DNA of 64,000 nt from an uncultured Anaerolineales bacterium (GTDB lineage Bacteria; Chloroflexota; Anaerolineae; CG2-30-64-16): positions 1,846 to 65,845 of the forward strand of contig CAZYGI010000013.1 of NCBI GenBank assembly GCA_964647255.1, written 5' to 3'. The position numbers and the translations under genes are program-made. Below, one piece after another: positions 21,022 to 29,631 of the stretch. The number at the start of each line of letters is the position of its first letter. Position 1 is the stretch's first letter. Below the pieces are notes generated by a model. It did no database searches. It had not been told where the DNA came from and saw nothing but the letters and a program-made list of their open reading frames with translations.

Positions 21022-21408
21022 ATGCGCAGCATTTCAAGAGCCAAGACGGGGCTCGGTGTCATCGTAATCCTGGGGATCGGCTTGATCCATGTGGTGCTCG
21101 CCGCCGGGGAGTTCGCAGAGGCGGCCTACCTGGGTCTGATGTTCGTCGCCTGCGGCGCGGCCTCGGTTGTGGCAGCCTTCGGAATCTACCGGGGCGCGCA
21201 ATTGTGGGGCTGGGGGTTGGGCTTGCTTCTTGCCGTCGGTGCCTTCGTCGGCTACATCTTGAGCCGGACGGTGGGTCTGCCCGGGATGGAGGTGGAGGAG
21301 TGGCTGCTTCCTGCGGGGATCCTCTCACTCGTGCTGGAGATGATCTTCATCGGTCTCTATGGGTGGACACGCACAGAACAACCGCGGATAACCGGAAGCC
21401 CATCCTGA
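21022..21408 (+). CDS. small integral membrane protein (about 4 TM helices)
   Basis: 128-aa ORF preceded by GGAGGAGGAGGAG. Four hydrophobic stretches. Confidence 0.55.
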   Translation: MRSISRAKTGLGVIVILGIGLIHVVLAAGEFAEAAYLGLMFVACGAASVVAAFGIYRGAQLWGWGLGLLLAVGAFVGYILSRTVGLPGMEVEEWLLPAGILSLVLEMIFIGLYGWTRTEQPRITGSPS

Positions 21409-21565
21409 AGGATAACAGGGTCACTTAATTCTCGCACTCATGGCCCCACCCCCCTGGTCTCCACCCCGAACAGGGTGGGAAGGGGATGGCGGGAAGTCCT
21501 CCGCTCCGCTGGTATCGGAGGTTGAATGGGTTGCGTGTCCATTCGAAGAAGCGACTTATCTCTGC

Positions 21566-21952
21566 CTATTCTTTCCCCTCAACAGAGCTCGTCTGGCTAA
21601 CCTGCCGAATCGCAGCAAGCAACATCGCGATTGGCATAGACTTGACGATGAACGCCGTCGCGCCTGCTTCCTGCGCACGCGCACGCGTGCGTGCGTCGTC
21701 GTACATGGTCGAAATGATGATTGCGGTTCCAGGCAGCATCATATGTAGTTCCTTTGTTGCTGCTATCCCATCCATGCGCGGCATGTCCACATCCATCAGC
21801 ACAACATCAGGACGAAGCAGTGGCGCCAGGACGAGCGCCGCCTCCCCACTGACCGCCTCCCCAATCACTACCAGATCCACTTCCGCGTCCAGCCGCATGT
21901 GCAAACCTTTGCGCACATCCAGTTGATCCTCAACAATCAAGAGTCGAATCAT
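21566..21952 (-). CDS. stand-alone response-regulator receiver (CheY-like REC) protein
   Basis: MIRLLIVEDQ...VVLMDVDMPRMDG...TAFIVKS are typical REC motifs. Start moved to the ATG at 21952 (GGAG 6 nt upstream). Confidence 0.8.
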   Translation of the reverse strand: MIRLLIVEDQLDVRKGLHMRLDAEVDLVVIGEAVSGEAALVLAPLLRPDVVLMDVDMPRMDGIAATKELHMMLPGTAIIISTMYDDARTRARAQEAGATAFIVKSMPIAMLLAAIRQVSQTSSVEGKE

Positions 21953-22171
21953 CGTTGCTCCGTTCAACATTGCCCGGGCGGCACGGATGGTCCACGCGGT
22001 TGTGGTATAATACTGGTCTGCCAGGGATCATGTTAGCGTTGCTGGACAAACTGATCATCGCCCAGCAGCAGCATAGCATCCCACATAAGTTTACACATCG
22101 GGACGAGGAGCGATTCATCCCTCACGCTTTGGAACAACGCGCGCCTCACTCGGAAGTATCAGGAGAGCTGC

Positions 22172-22807
22172 ATGGGAATCCGCGTAATAATCGCAGATGA
22201 TCACAGCATCGTGCGCCAGGGATTGCGCATGTTTCTTGGCTCTGACCCGGAGCTCGAAATCATCGGGGAGGCGCGTGATGGCGCCGAGGCGGTTGCCCTG
22301 ACGCACCGACTTCATCCCGACGTTGTCTTGATGGACTTGTTGATGCCCGTCATGGACGGCATCAGTGCCATTGCGGTCATCCGGCGCGAGCTGCCCGCTA
22401 CCGAAGTCGTGGCGCTGACCAGTGTCCTAGATGATGGCGCGGTCGTTGATGCGATACGAGCGGGTGCTATCGGCTATCTGCTTAAGGACACCGATTCACA
22501 CGAACTGCGCCGGACCATCAAGGCCGCGGCAGCCGGCCAGATCCAGCTATCACCGCAGGTGGCTGCACGCCTGGTGCACGAGATCCGCACACCGGAGACG
22601 AGCGCTGAGCCGCTCACCGAACGAGAGACGGATGTGCTGCGACTGTTGGCGCAGGGACAGTCCAACAAGGAAATTGGCCGCGCGTTGCATATCACCGAGC
22701 AGACTGTCAAGACGCACGTCAGCCACGTCTTGGACAAACTGGGCGTGCCCAGCCGCACCCAGGCCGCGCTCTACGCGATTCGCATTGGCCTGGTATCTGC
22801 CGATTGA
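22172..22807 (+). CDS. NarL/LuxR-family two-component response regulator
   Basis: REC domain (IRVIIADDH, VVLMDLLMPVMDG) plus a C-terminal LuxR HTH (LTERETDVLRLLAQGQSNKEIGRALHITEQTVKTHVSHVL). Confidence 0.9.
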   Translation: MGIRVIIADDHSIVRQGLRMFLGSDPELEIIGEARDGAEAVALTHRLHPDVVLMDLLMPVMDGISAIAVIRRELPATEVVALTSVLDDGAVVDAIRAGAIGYLLKDTDSHELRRTIKAAAAGQIQLSPQVAARLVHEIRTPETSAEPLTERETDVLRLLAQGQSNKEIGRALHITEQTVKTHVSHVLDKLGVPSRTQAALYAIRIGLVSAD

Positions 22808-22841
22808 CACGCCGCCGCGCCCTCCCCCGATTTCGATCCGC

Positions 22842-25367
22842 ATGGGTCTCTCGCCCTCAGCGGAACCCCGATCTGCATCCGAATCAAGGATGACCTCCAT
22901 GAACAGACCGCTTCTCCGAGATGTCCTGGGCCCGATCATGCTGGCGGGTGGGTTTATCCTGTCGGATCTACTCGCGGATCGCGTGGCCGATGCGTCGCAC
23001 GGCTTCGATCTGCCACACCTTATCCTGAGCGCATCGGTGCTGTTGATCTCTCTCCTTGTGGTGAATCGGGCCGCACGGATCCACCGCCGCACAGAAGCCG
23101 CCTTGATCCAAGCGTGTGATGAGCTAGATGAGGGGATGCGCGAACGCACGACTGAACTTGAGCGGGCTAACGCGGCGCTGCAGGCAGAGATCGGCGAGCG
23201 CAAGCGCATTGAGCTGGCGCTGCGGACAAGCGAGGAGACAGCCCAGGCGCTGATGAATGCCTCGCCCGAGTCTGCGGTGCTCTTCGATGCCCAAGGCGTT
23301 GTCCTGGCATCCAACCAGACCCTCACACGAAGGTTGGGCGTCTCTCCCGAGCGATTGATTGGTTCCCTGGTTTTTGACTTTTACCCACCGGATGCGGCGG
23401 CAACCAGAAGGGCCCAACTCAACGCCATCTTACAGTCCGGTCAATCTCTGCATTTTGTTGATGAACTGGATGGCAGGACGTTCGATAATTATGTTTCGCC
23501 TGTCTTTGATGCCCAGGGCAGGATCATCAGGCTTGCCGCCTTCGGCCATGATATTACCGAACGCTTGCAGTCGGAGGCGCTGCTGCGGAAGACGATCGAA
23601 CGCCTGGAGCTTACGCAAGCCGCCGCAGGAGCCGGGACATGGGATTGGGATATCTCCACCGGCCGCTTCACGTGGTCGTCAAAGATGTTCGAACTCTTCG
23701 GCCTGGATGAACGGACCGCGGACGCCTCGCTTGAGGTCTGGCAATCTGTGCTGCATCCCGACGACCGCGAGATGGCCGAGAGGCGGATGACTCTGGCGTT
23801 GGAGCAGCACTGCGACCTGGTGAGCGAATATCGGATCGTCCTGCCAGATGGAAACAGCCGCTGGATCAGTGCACTGGGAAAGGGTAGCTATGATACCCAG
23901 GACCAGCCCATCCGCATGAGTGGAATCTGCCTCGACATCACCGATCGCATGCGCGCCGAGGCTAGAATCCAGCACCTGTCCTCTTTTCCGCAGTTGAACC
24001 CCAACCCTGTCCTGGAAGTAAGCGCCGATGGGACGATCACGTTCCGCAATCCTGGAGCCGTGAAAATCTTAGAAGAGCTCGGCCTGGGGGACGATGCTCG
24101 CGTATTCCTGCCCGGCGACATGGAAGCGATCCTGGAGTATCTAATGCAGGGCAGGGAAGCTCACTTCTTGCGCGAAGTGCAACTGGGTGGCGCGATCTTT
24201 GCCGAGTCAGTTATCGTGATCCCATCCTCCGGCGTGGTGCGCCTTTATGGCTTCGAAATCACCCAGCGCGTGCGTGCAGAAGCGGCGCTGCGTGTGAGCG
24301 AGGAGAAGTACCGTCTGCTCTTCGAGAACATGGCAGAGGGCTTCGCACTGTACGAACTGCTGTATGATGAACAGGGCAACCCGGCGGATTGGCGGATCCT
24401 GGAGGTGAACGCCGCCTATGAGCACCATACCGGCGTTGCCCGCGACCGCATTGTGGGCAGACGCATCAGCGAGATCTTCCCTGCTGCGCTGCTTGAGTAT
24501 TTGCCGCGCTTCGCGGCCGTGGTCGCCACTCAGAGGCCTTCCGAGATTGAGACGTACGCAACAGCCATCGGCCGCCATCAGCGCGTCAGCACATTCCCCG
24601 CAGGCGGTCAGCGCTTTGCCAGCATTATCGAAGACATCACCAAGCGCAAGCAGTCGGCAGAAGCGTTGCTCTCGGCGCAAGCCGCGCTCGCCGTGAACGC
24701 TCAGCGACAAAGCGCACTGGAGGAACGGCAGCGCCTGGCGCGCGAGCTGCACGACTCGGTCTCGCAGACGCTCTACGGCATCTCGCTGGGCGTGCATACC
24801 GCGCTGACCCTGTTCGACACGAATAGAGCCAAGGTGCTGGAGGCGTTGAACTACACGCTCTCCTTGGCCCATGGCGGACTTGCGGAAATGCGCGCCCTGA
24901 TCTTCGAACTGCGACCTGAGTCACTGGAAATGGACGGTCTGGCGGTTGCACTAACCAGGCAGGCTGAGGTCGTGCGGGCTCGCCAGGACGTCGAAGTTGA
25001 GCTGAGCCTGTGTGATGAACCGGACGTGCCGCTTGAAGTCAAAGAGGCGGTGTATCGCATCGCCCAGGAGGCGCTCCAAAACGCGATCAAGCACGCGCAT
25101 GCCGACCGGATGACCATCCGCCTGACGCGCGAGCCGGATGGTCTCAGGCTCGAAATTCACGACAACGGCATCGGCTTTGACCCCACGGCCACATATCCCG
25201 GGCACTTGGGACTGCGCTCGATGCGCGAGCGCGCTGCAAAAGTGGGCGGCACACTGGACATCGTCAGTGCTCCGAACCACGGCGCGCAAATCTGGGTGCA
25301 CATCCCTGTTACCGCTCCGTCCCACGCTGACGCGCCCATCCCGGAAGCTGGTCTGACAGGGATGTGA
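22842..25367 (+). CDS. multi-PAS sensor histidine kinase (HisKA_3 + HATPase_c)
   Basis: The track ORF starts at 22431, but its first ~137 codons overlap the regulator gene out of frame. The first plausible ATG after the regulator stop is 22842 (alternatives 22890 and 22899). Two TM segments, several PAS-like blocks, an H-box ARELHDSVSQTLYGISL and an ATPase block IHDNGIGFD...GLRSMRERA. Confidence 0.85.
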   Translation: MGLSPSAEPRSASESRMTSMNRPLLRDVLGPIMLAGGFILSDLLADRVADASHGFDLPHLILSASVLLISLLVVNRAARIHRRTEAALIQACDELDEGMRERTTELERANAALQAEIGERKRIELALRTSEETAQALMNASPESAVLFDAQGVVLASNQTLTRRLGVSPERLIGSLVFDFYPPDAAATRRAQLNAILQSGQSLHFVDELDGRTFDNYVSPVFDAQGRIIRLAAFGHDITERLQSEALLRKTIERLELTQAAAGAGTWDWDISTGRFTWSSKMFELFGLDERTADASLEVWQSVLHPDDREMAERRMTLALEQHCDLVSEYRIVLPDGNSRWISALGKGSYDTQDQPIRMSGICLDITDRMRAEARIQHLSSFPQLNPNPVLEVSADGTITFRNPGAVKILEELGLGDDARVFLPGDMEAILEYLMQGREAHFLREVQLGGAIFAESVIVIPSSGVVRLYGFEITQRVRAEAALRVSEEKYRLLFENMAEGFALYELLYDEQGNPADWRILEVNAAYEHHTGVARDRIVGRRISEIFPAALLEYLPRFAAVVATQRPSEIETYATAIGRHQRVSTFPAGGQRFASIIEDITKRKQSAEALLSAQAALAVNAQRQSALEERQRLARELHDSVSQTLYGISLGVHTALTLFDTNRAKVLEALNYTLSLAHGGLAEMRALIFELRPESLEMDGLAVALTRQAEVVRARQDVEVELSLCDEPDVPLEVKEAVYRIAQEALQNAIKHAHADRMTIRLTREPDGLRLEIHDNGIGFDPTATYPGHLGLRSMRERAAKVGGTLDIVSAPNHGAQIWVHIPVTAPSHADAPIPEAGLTGM

Positions 25368-25674
25368 GGCCGTGAGCCTCCGGTCTTGGCCGCATACGGT
25401 GGCGCCGCGCAACCGCGATGTAGGCCTCCAGTCGCGGGTTGAGATCAGCGACGATGTTACTGCCGGAACGCCGATCCAGTCATCTGCCGCGGGCGACCAA
25501 GGACGCTGCAACACCTGCGAGGTCGGCCAGCGCCGATCCACAAACGCGACCCACGCCGGTGGACGCCCGGCGCTGCGCCCTTTCGCCGCGATTTCGATCG
25601 CCGAGCGCGCCGCGGCCAGATGCTTAACCGGTGCTCTAGCGGCTCCCAAAGAACCGCTCATGCACCCGATCCTT

Positions 25675-25755
25675 TCACGGCGTCACATCCCAGTCGTACC
25701 AGAACACGTCCGCCAGGTAGCGGTAAGCCGCATCCGAACCCACCAGCAGCACCAT
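25675..25755 (-). pseudogene. orphan 3' fragment of a PLD-like gene (last 26 codons plus stop)
   Basis: The minus-strand translation MVLLVGSDAAYRYLADVFWYDWDVTP* matches the C-terminus of the 53065..54990 product (...MALLVGSDAAYRYLADVFWYDWDVTP*). An in-frame TAG lies immediately upstream at 25756-25758. Weaker DNA resemblance to the PLD gene may extend to ~25900 (not verified). Confidence 0.8.
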
Positions 25756-25757
25756 CT
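25675..25757. repeat. left copy of an 83-bp direct repeat (att-like), 81/83 identical to 53065..53147
   Basis: Direct base-by-base comparison. Mismatches only at 25723/53113 and 25751/53141. Flanking sequence to the left of each copy is unrelated. Confidence 0.9.
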
Positions 25758-26020
25758 ACTCGCCCGATAGGGAGAATCGCAGCTCACCCGCCGCCGGTCT
25801 TCCCGTCTGCCGGCCTGCACCAATCAGCCCACGGCCAAGTTGACGATCCCAACCAGGTGACCTGGGCCTCCCCGAACGGACATAGCTCAGATTGGGCGTT
25901 GCACAGTCTGCAAGCTTACCTCCTGCTGCCCCCAGCCTCTGTTTTAATCGCCAGGACCGCACGCCAAATGCAATTATCTATTTGTATTAAATTAGTATTT
26001 TAATTACTTACGATTTGTAC

Positions 26021-26049
26021 TTGATATGTTTTTATTTTAGATGTATAGT
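26021..26049 (+). promoter_or_regulatory. candidate sigma-70 promoter of the CIS operon (TTGATA-N17-TATAGT) inside an AT-rich tract
   Basis: TTGATA at 26021-26026, a 17-nt spacer, then TATAGT at 26044-26049. It sits in a ~110-nt, very AT-rich stretch (about 25966-26075) in an otherwise GC-rich window, ~95 nt upstream of the sheath start. Confidence 0.5.
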
Positions 26050-26143
26050 CGCTTTGTTCTGATGCCGCAAGGCAATCAAGATCCGATGGCAGGTACGAAC
26101 TTTTCTTGCCGGATTGCATGATTTCTGCAAAAGGAGATTAACG

Positions 26144-27796
26144 ATGCCCGTTGCCCCCCCTGTGACCTATCCTGGAGTGTATATTCAGGAGGTGGAAAGC
26201 CCGGTGCACACCGTGACACCGGTGGCAACATCCACCACGGCGTTTGTCGGCCGGGCGAAGCGCGGCCCCGATGGCAGCCCCGACGGTGGTGGGCCGGAGC
26301 TCATCCACAGCTTCGGCGACTTCCAACGTATCTTCGGCGGTTTGTGGGCCGATAGCCCCCTGGGCTACGCGGTCAACGATTTCTTCCTCAACGGCGGCAG
26401 CGATGCAGTGATCGTCAGGCTGCACAATGGCGCCAAGGCCGCAACCATCACCATGCCGGCGGGTGGCGGCACCGTTGCGCTTCAGGCCAAGTCCAAGGGC
26501 GCATGGGGGAACTCCCTACGCGTGCGTGTGGAGTACGTTTTGCCTGCAAACACATCCTCAACCGATCCTACCTACAAGATGGTTGCGGACAATGTAGCCA
26601 CGCCGCTCGGCGTCACCGATCCGACGGAGCTATTCAACTTGTATGTGTATGATGGTGACAGCGGCGCGACAGAGAAACTGACCAACATCACCGCGAACAC
26701 GGGCGTGCGCACCGTCAACAAGGTGCTGGCCCATGAATCGAGCCTGGTGGCGTGCGCCGATCCCGATATGTCGTGGGCCATCAAACCAGACCCCCACGCG
26801 AAGCTGGTCAAGCCGACCAAGCCCTGGTGGGATGATGACAACGCGGGCGGCTTCACTCCGGCGGATGCCAACAGCGGAAGTGATGGCGGCGCGCTGCAAC
26901 CGACCGATTACACCGGCGATCCGGGAAAGAAAACCGGCATCTATGCACTGGAAAATGCGGATATCTTCAACCTGCTGGTAATCCCCCCCGACACCGCCAA
27001 CGGCGATACGCCTACCGACCCTGTATTGACCACGGCGCTGGCCTACTGCGAGCGCAAACGCGCCATCCTCCTGGTGGATCCGCCCTCTGGATGGGCCCGC
27101 AAGGATAACGCCAAGAACGGCGTGCCGATCAGCGGCCTTGGCCCCAGCGCAAACGCCGCCATCTACTTCCCGCGCATCCGGAAGGCCAACCCGCTGCACC
27201 AAAACCAGATCGAGACCTTCGTGCCCAGCGGCACGGTGGCCGGCATCATTGCGCGCACCGATCTGCAGCGGGGTGTCTGGAAGGCGCCGGCGGGGCTCGA
27301 AGCAACCATGAGCGGTGTGGCGTCGCTGACCGTGCCGCTCACCGACGCCGAGAACGGCGAGCTGAACCCGCTTGGCATCAACTGCCTGCGCACTCTGCCC
27401 GCGGCCGGGAACGTCGTTTGGGGCGCACGCACCACGGTCGGAGACGACCGGCTGTCGTCGCAGTGGAAATATCTGCCGGTCCGGCGCACGGCCCTCTGGA
27501 TCGAGGAAACGCTCTATCGCAGCTCCCAGTGGGCGGTCTTCGAGCCCAACGACGAACCGCTCTGGTCGGCCTTGCGGCTGAATATCGGCGCATTCATGCA
27601 GGGCTTGTTCCGCCAGGGCGCATTCCAGGGCCAATCGCCCAAGGACGCCTATTTCGTCCAGTGCGACAGCACCACCACGACCCAGGCCGACATTGACCGG
27701 GGCATCGTCAATATCGTGGTCGGCTTTGCGCCGCTGAAACCCGCCGAGTTCGTCGTGATCTACATCCAGCAGATCGCCGGCAACATCGCGACATGA
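26144..27796 (+). CDS. contractile tail sheath protein (Afp2-4/Cis2-like)
   Basis: Start at MPVAPPVTYPGVYIQEVES (ATG 26144, AAGGAG 7 nt upstream). The PGVYI.E N-terminal hallmark and the C-terminal GINCLRTLP..GNVVWGARTT...KPAEFVVI block are typical of phage/eCIS sheath proteins. Confidence 0.9.
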   Translation: MPVAPPVTYPGVYIQEVESPVHTVTPVATSTTAFVGRAKRGPDGSPDGGGPELIHSFGDFQRIFGGLWADSPLGYAVNDFFLNGGSDAVIVRLHNGAKAATITMPAGGGTVALQAKSKGAWGNSLRVRVEYVLPANTSSTDPTYKMVADNVATPLGVTDPTELFNLYVYDGDSGATEKLTNITANTGVRTVNKVLAHESSLVACADPDMSWAIKPDPHAKLVKPTKPWWDDDNAGGFTPADANSGSDGGALQPTDYTGDPGKKTGIYALENADIFNLLVIPPDTANGDTPTDPVLTTALAYCERKRAILLVDPPSGWARKDNAKNGVPISGLGPSANAAIYFPRIRKANPLHQNQIETFVPSGTVAGIIARTDLQRGVWKAPAGLEATMSGVASLTVPLTDAENGELNPLGINCLRTLPAAGNVVWGARTTVGDDRLSSQWKYLPVRRTALWIEETLYRSSQWAVFEPNDEPLWSALRLNIGAFMQGLFRQGAFQGQSPKDAYFVQCDSTTTTQADIDRGIVNIVVGFAPLKPAEFVVIYIQQIAGNIAT

Positions 27797-27834
27797 GCAG
27801 CAGCCCTGGGCACGGGCGCTAAGGAGAGAACACC

Positions 27835-28248
27835 ATGGCAGAAAAAGCAAGTTGGACAATGCAGTTGAGGATCGATGGGGGCCCCGCGATCAGCGCGGCC
27901 AGCCAGGTGACCGTGGACGCCTACGACAAGGCGAGCCTTGATCTGACCAAGAACGCGGCCACCAAGACCGTCCAGGTGCAGCCCGCTCCCGGCCTGGCAA
28001 GATACCTGGTGGTCACCGCCAGTGCATACAGCGACCCAAAAGATAACACGGCAAAGGTGAGCTTCAAATTCGCGAAGGCTGATGGCACCCCCATCGGCAA
28101 TGATATCCAGTTGGTGGATGCGCTGGTGGTGACCGGCCAGGCGGCCCTGGCCAGCATCGCGCCGAATTGGACCGGCCTGACGTTCACGAGCACGTTCGCC
28201 GATCCCATCACCGTGAATGTGCTGGTCTGCCGGGCTGCTGCTCCGTGA
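27835..28248 (+). CDS. hypothetical beta-rich 137-aa protein between sheath and tube genes
   Basis: Good RBS (AAGGAGAG). No domain recognised. Confidence 0.55.
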   Translation: MAEKASWTMQLRIDGGPAISAASQVTVDAYDKASLDLTKNAATKTVQVQPAPGLARYLVVTASAYSDPKDNTAKVSFKFAKADGTPIGNDIQLVDALVVTGQAALASIAPNWTGLTFTSTFADPITVNVLVCRAAAP

Positions 28249-28341
28249 TGGCCCGGCGCTGGCACCTCGCGCCGGCCGCGCCCATCGACCTGGCCGCGAT
28301 CCGATCCCGGCCATCACTTCAAAGCCTGAAAAGGAGGAAGC

Positions 28342-28872
28342 ATGCCTGCTCCAGAGTTCACGGTCAACACGTACCGATACGATCCGTCCAAGAAGTTCAA
28401 ATTTCGCGTCAATTGGTATAACAATTATTTGGCCGGCATCAGCAAGGTGGGCGGCCTGACGCGCACCACGCAGGTCGTCAGCCACCGCGAGGGCGGCGAC
28501 CCCAGCAGCAGCCGCAAATCGCCGGGCCAGACCGACTATGGGCCGATCACCCTGGAACGCGGGGTCACGCACGATAAAGACTTCGAGCAGTGGGCCAATA
28601 AGGTCTGGGCCTACGGCAACGCGGCCGGCCAGGAGGTCTCGCTCAAGGATTTCCGCAAGGACATCATCATCGAGCTGTACAACGAGGCCGGGCAGAAGGT
28701 GGTCGCGTACAACGTCCATCGCTGCTGGGTGTCGGAGTTCACGGCGCTGCCCGAGCTGGATGCCGGCGGCAACGCGGTCGCGATCCAATCCATCACGCTG
28801 CAACATGAAGGGTGGGAACGTGACACCTCGGTGGTTGAGCCGACGGAACCGAACTATTTGCTGCCATCGTAA
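28342..28872 (+). CDS. tail tube protein (T4 gp19-like / Afp1-Cis1-like)
   Basis: KFKFRVNW...ISKVGGLTRTTQVVSHREGGDPSSSRKSPGQTDYGPITLERGVTHD..FEQWA matches the conserved phage-tail-region tube family pattern. RBS AAAGGAGG. Confidence 0.85.
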   Translation: MPAPEFTVNTYRYDPSKKFKFRVNWYNNYLAGISKVGGLTRTTQVVSHREGGDPSSSRKSPGQTDYGPITLERGVTHDKDFEQWANKVWAYGNAAGQEVSLKDFRKDIIIELYNEAGQKVVAYNVHRCWVSEFTALPELDAGGNAVAIQSITLQHEGWERDTSVVEPTEPNYLLPS

Positions 28873-28893
28873 GGCTGCCTGCCACATTGGGGG

Positions 28894-29631
28894 ATGCGTG
28901 TGATGCGTACACTCTCTGCCCTGGACCTGGTGCGCGCGTGGGAGGCAGGCCGCGATCGCCATCCGGTGGATCGCGCGCTGCTGCTGCTGGCGCTCGCGTA
29001 CCCCGAGCTCACGCGAGACCAGCTGGCCGCGCTCACCATCGGACAGCGCAACGGCCGGCTCCTGGCGCTGCGCCAGCAGCTTCTGGGCGCGCACTTGAAC
29101 GCGTACGCCGAATGTCCCCAATGCCGCGAAGCGCTGGAATTCTCCATCAACGCGCCATCGCTCCGGTCGCCCGAACCCGCAGAACTGATGTTCACCCTGG
29201 CCATTGATGGATTGGAGGTGCGCCTCCGCCTGCCCGACAGCCTGGATCTGGCGGCCATCAGCGATGTGCCGGGGCCGGATGAGGCCCGACGCCAGCTGTT
29301 CGAGCGCTGTGTGCTGGAGGCCCGGCAAGGCGAGACGCCGGTCGCGGCCGCGGCGTTGTCCGATGAGATCGTGACGGCTTTGGCTGACGCCATGGGCGAA
29401 CGCGATCCGCAGGCGAGCCCGCGCTTCCGATTGAACTGCCCGGCCTGCGGGCACGGCTGGGCCGCCCTGTTCGACATCGTCTCGTACTTCTGGACCGAGA
29501 TCAACGCCTACGCGCAGCGCCTGCTGGGTGAGGTGCATCACCTGGCACGGGCCTATGGCTGGCGCGAAGCCGATATCCTGGCGATGAGCTCAGCTCGGCG
29601 CCAATTCTATCTGAACCTGGCGGGCGAATGA
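28894..29631 (+). CDS. conserved-position hypothetical protein with a CxxC...CxxC zinc-ribbon-like pair
   Basis: ECPQCREAL and NCPACGHGW motifs. Its stop overlaps the next start (ATGA at 29628). Function unknown; I think similar proteins occur after the tube gene in other eCIS loci, but I cannot verify that. Confidence 0.6.
   Translation: MRVMRTLSALDLVRAWEAGRDRHPVDRALLLLALAYPELTRDQLAALTIGQRNGRLLALRQQLLGAHLNAYAECPQCREALEFSINAPSLRSPEPAELMFTLAIDGLEVRLRLPDSLDLAAISDVPGPDEARRQLFERCVLEARQGETPVAAAALSDEIVTALADAMGERDPQASPRFRLNCPACGHGWAALFDIVSYFWTEINAYAQRLLGEVHHLARAYGWREADILAMSSARRQFYLNLAGE

Noticed and set aside
22431-22841. Upstream 137 codons of the histidine-kinase track ORF
   Set aside because: This stretch overlaps the response-regulator gene in another frame and translates to Arg/Cys/Trp-rich nonsense. 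The real start is placed after the regulator stop.
24951-25661. 236-aa minus-strand ORF spanning the kinase 3' end and the spacer up to the left repeat
   Set aside because: I considered whether 25370-25661 encodes a small gene adjacent to the orphan PLD fragment. There is no recognisable domain, and most of the ORF overlaps the kinase ATPase domain. It is left as unresolved non-coding.
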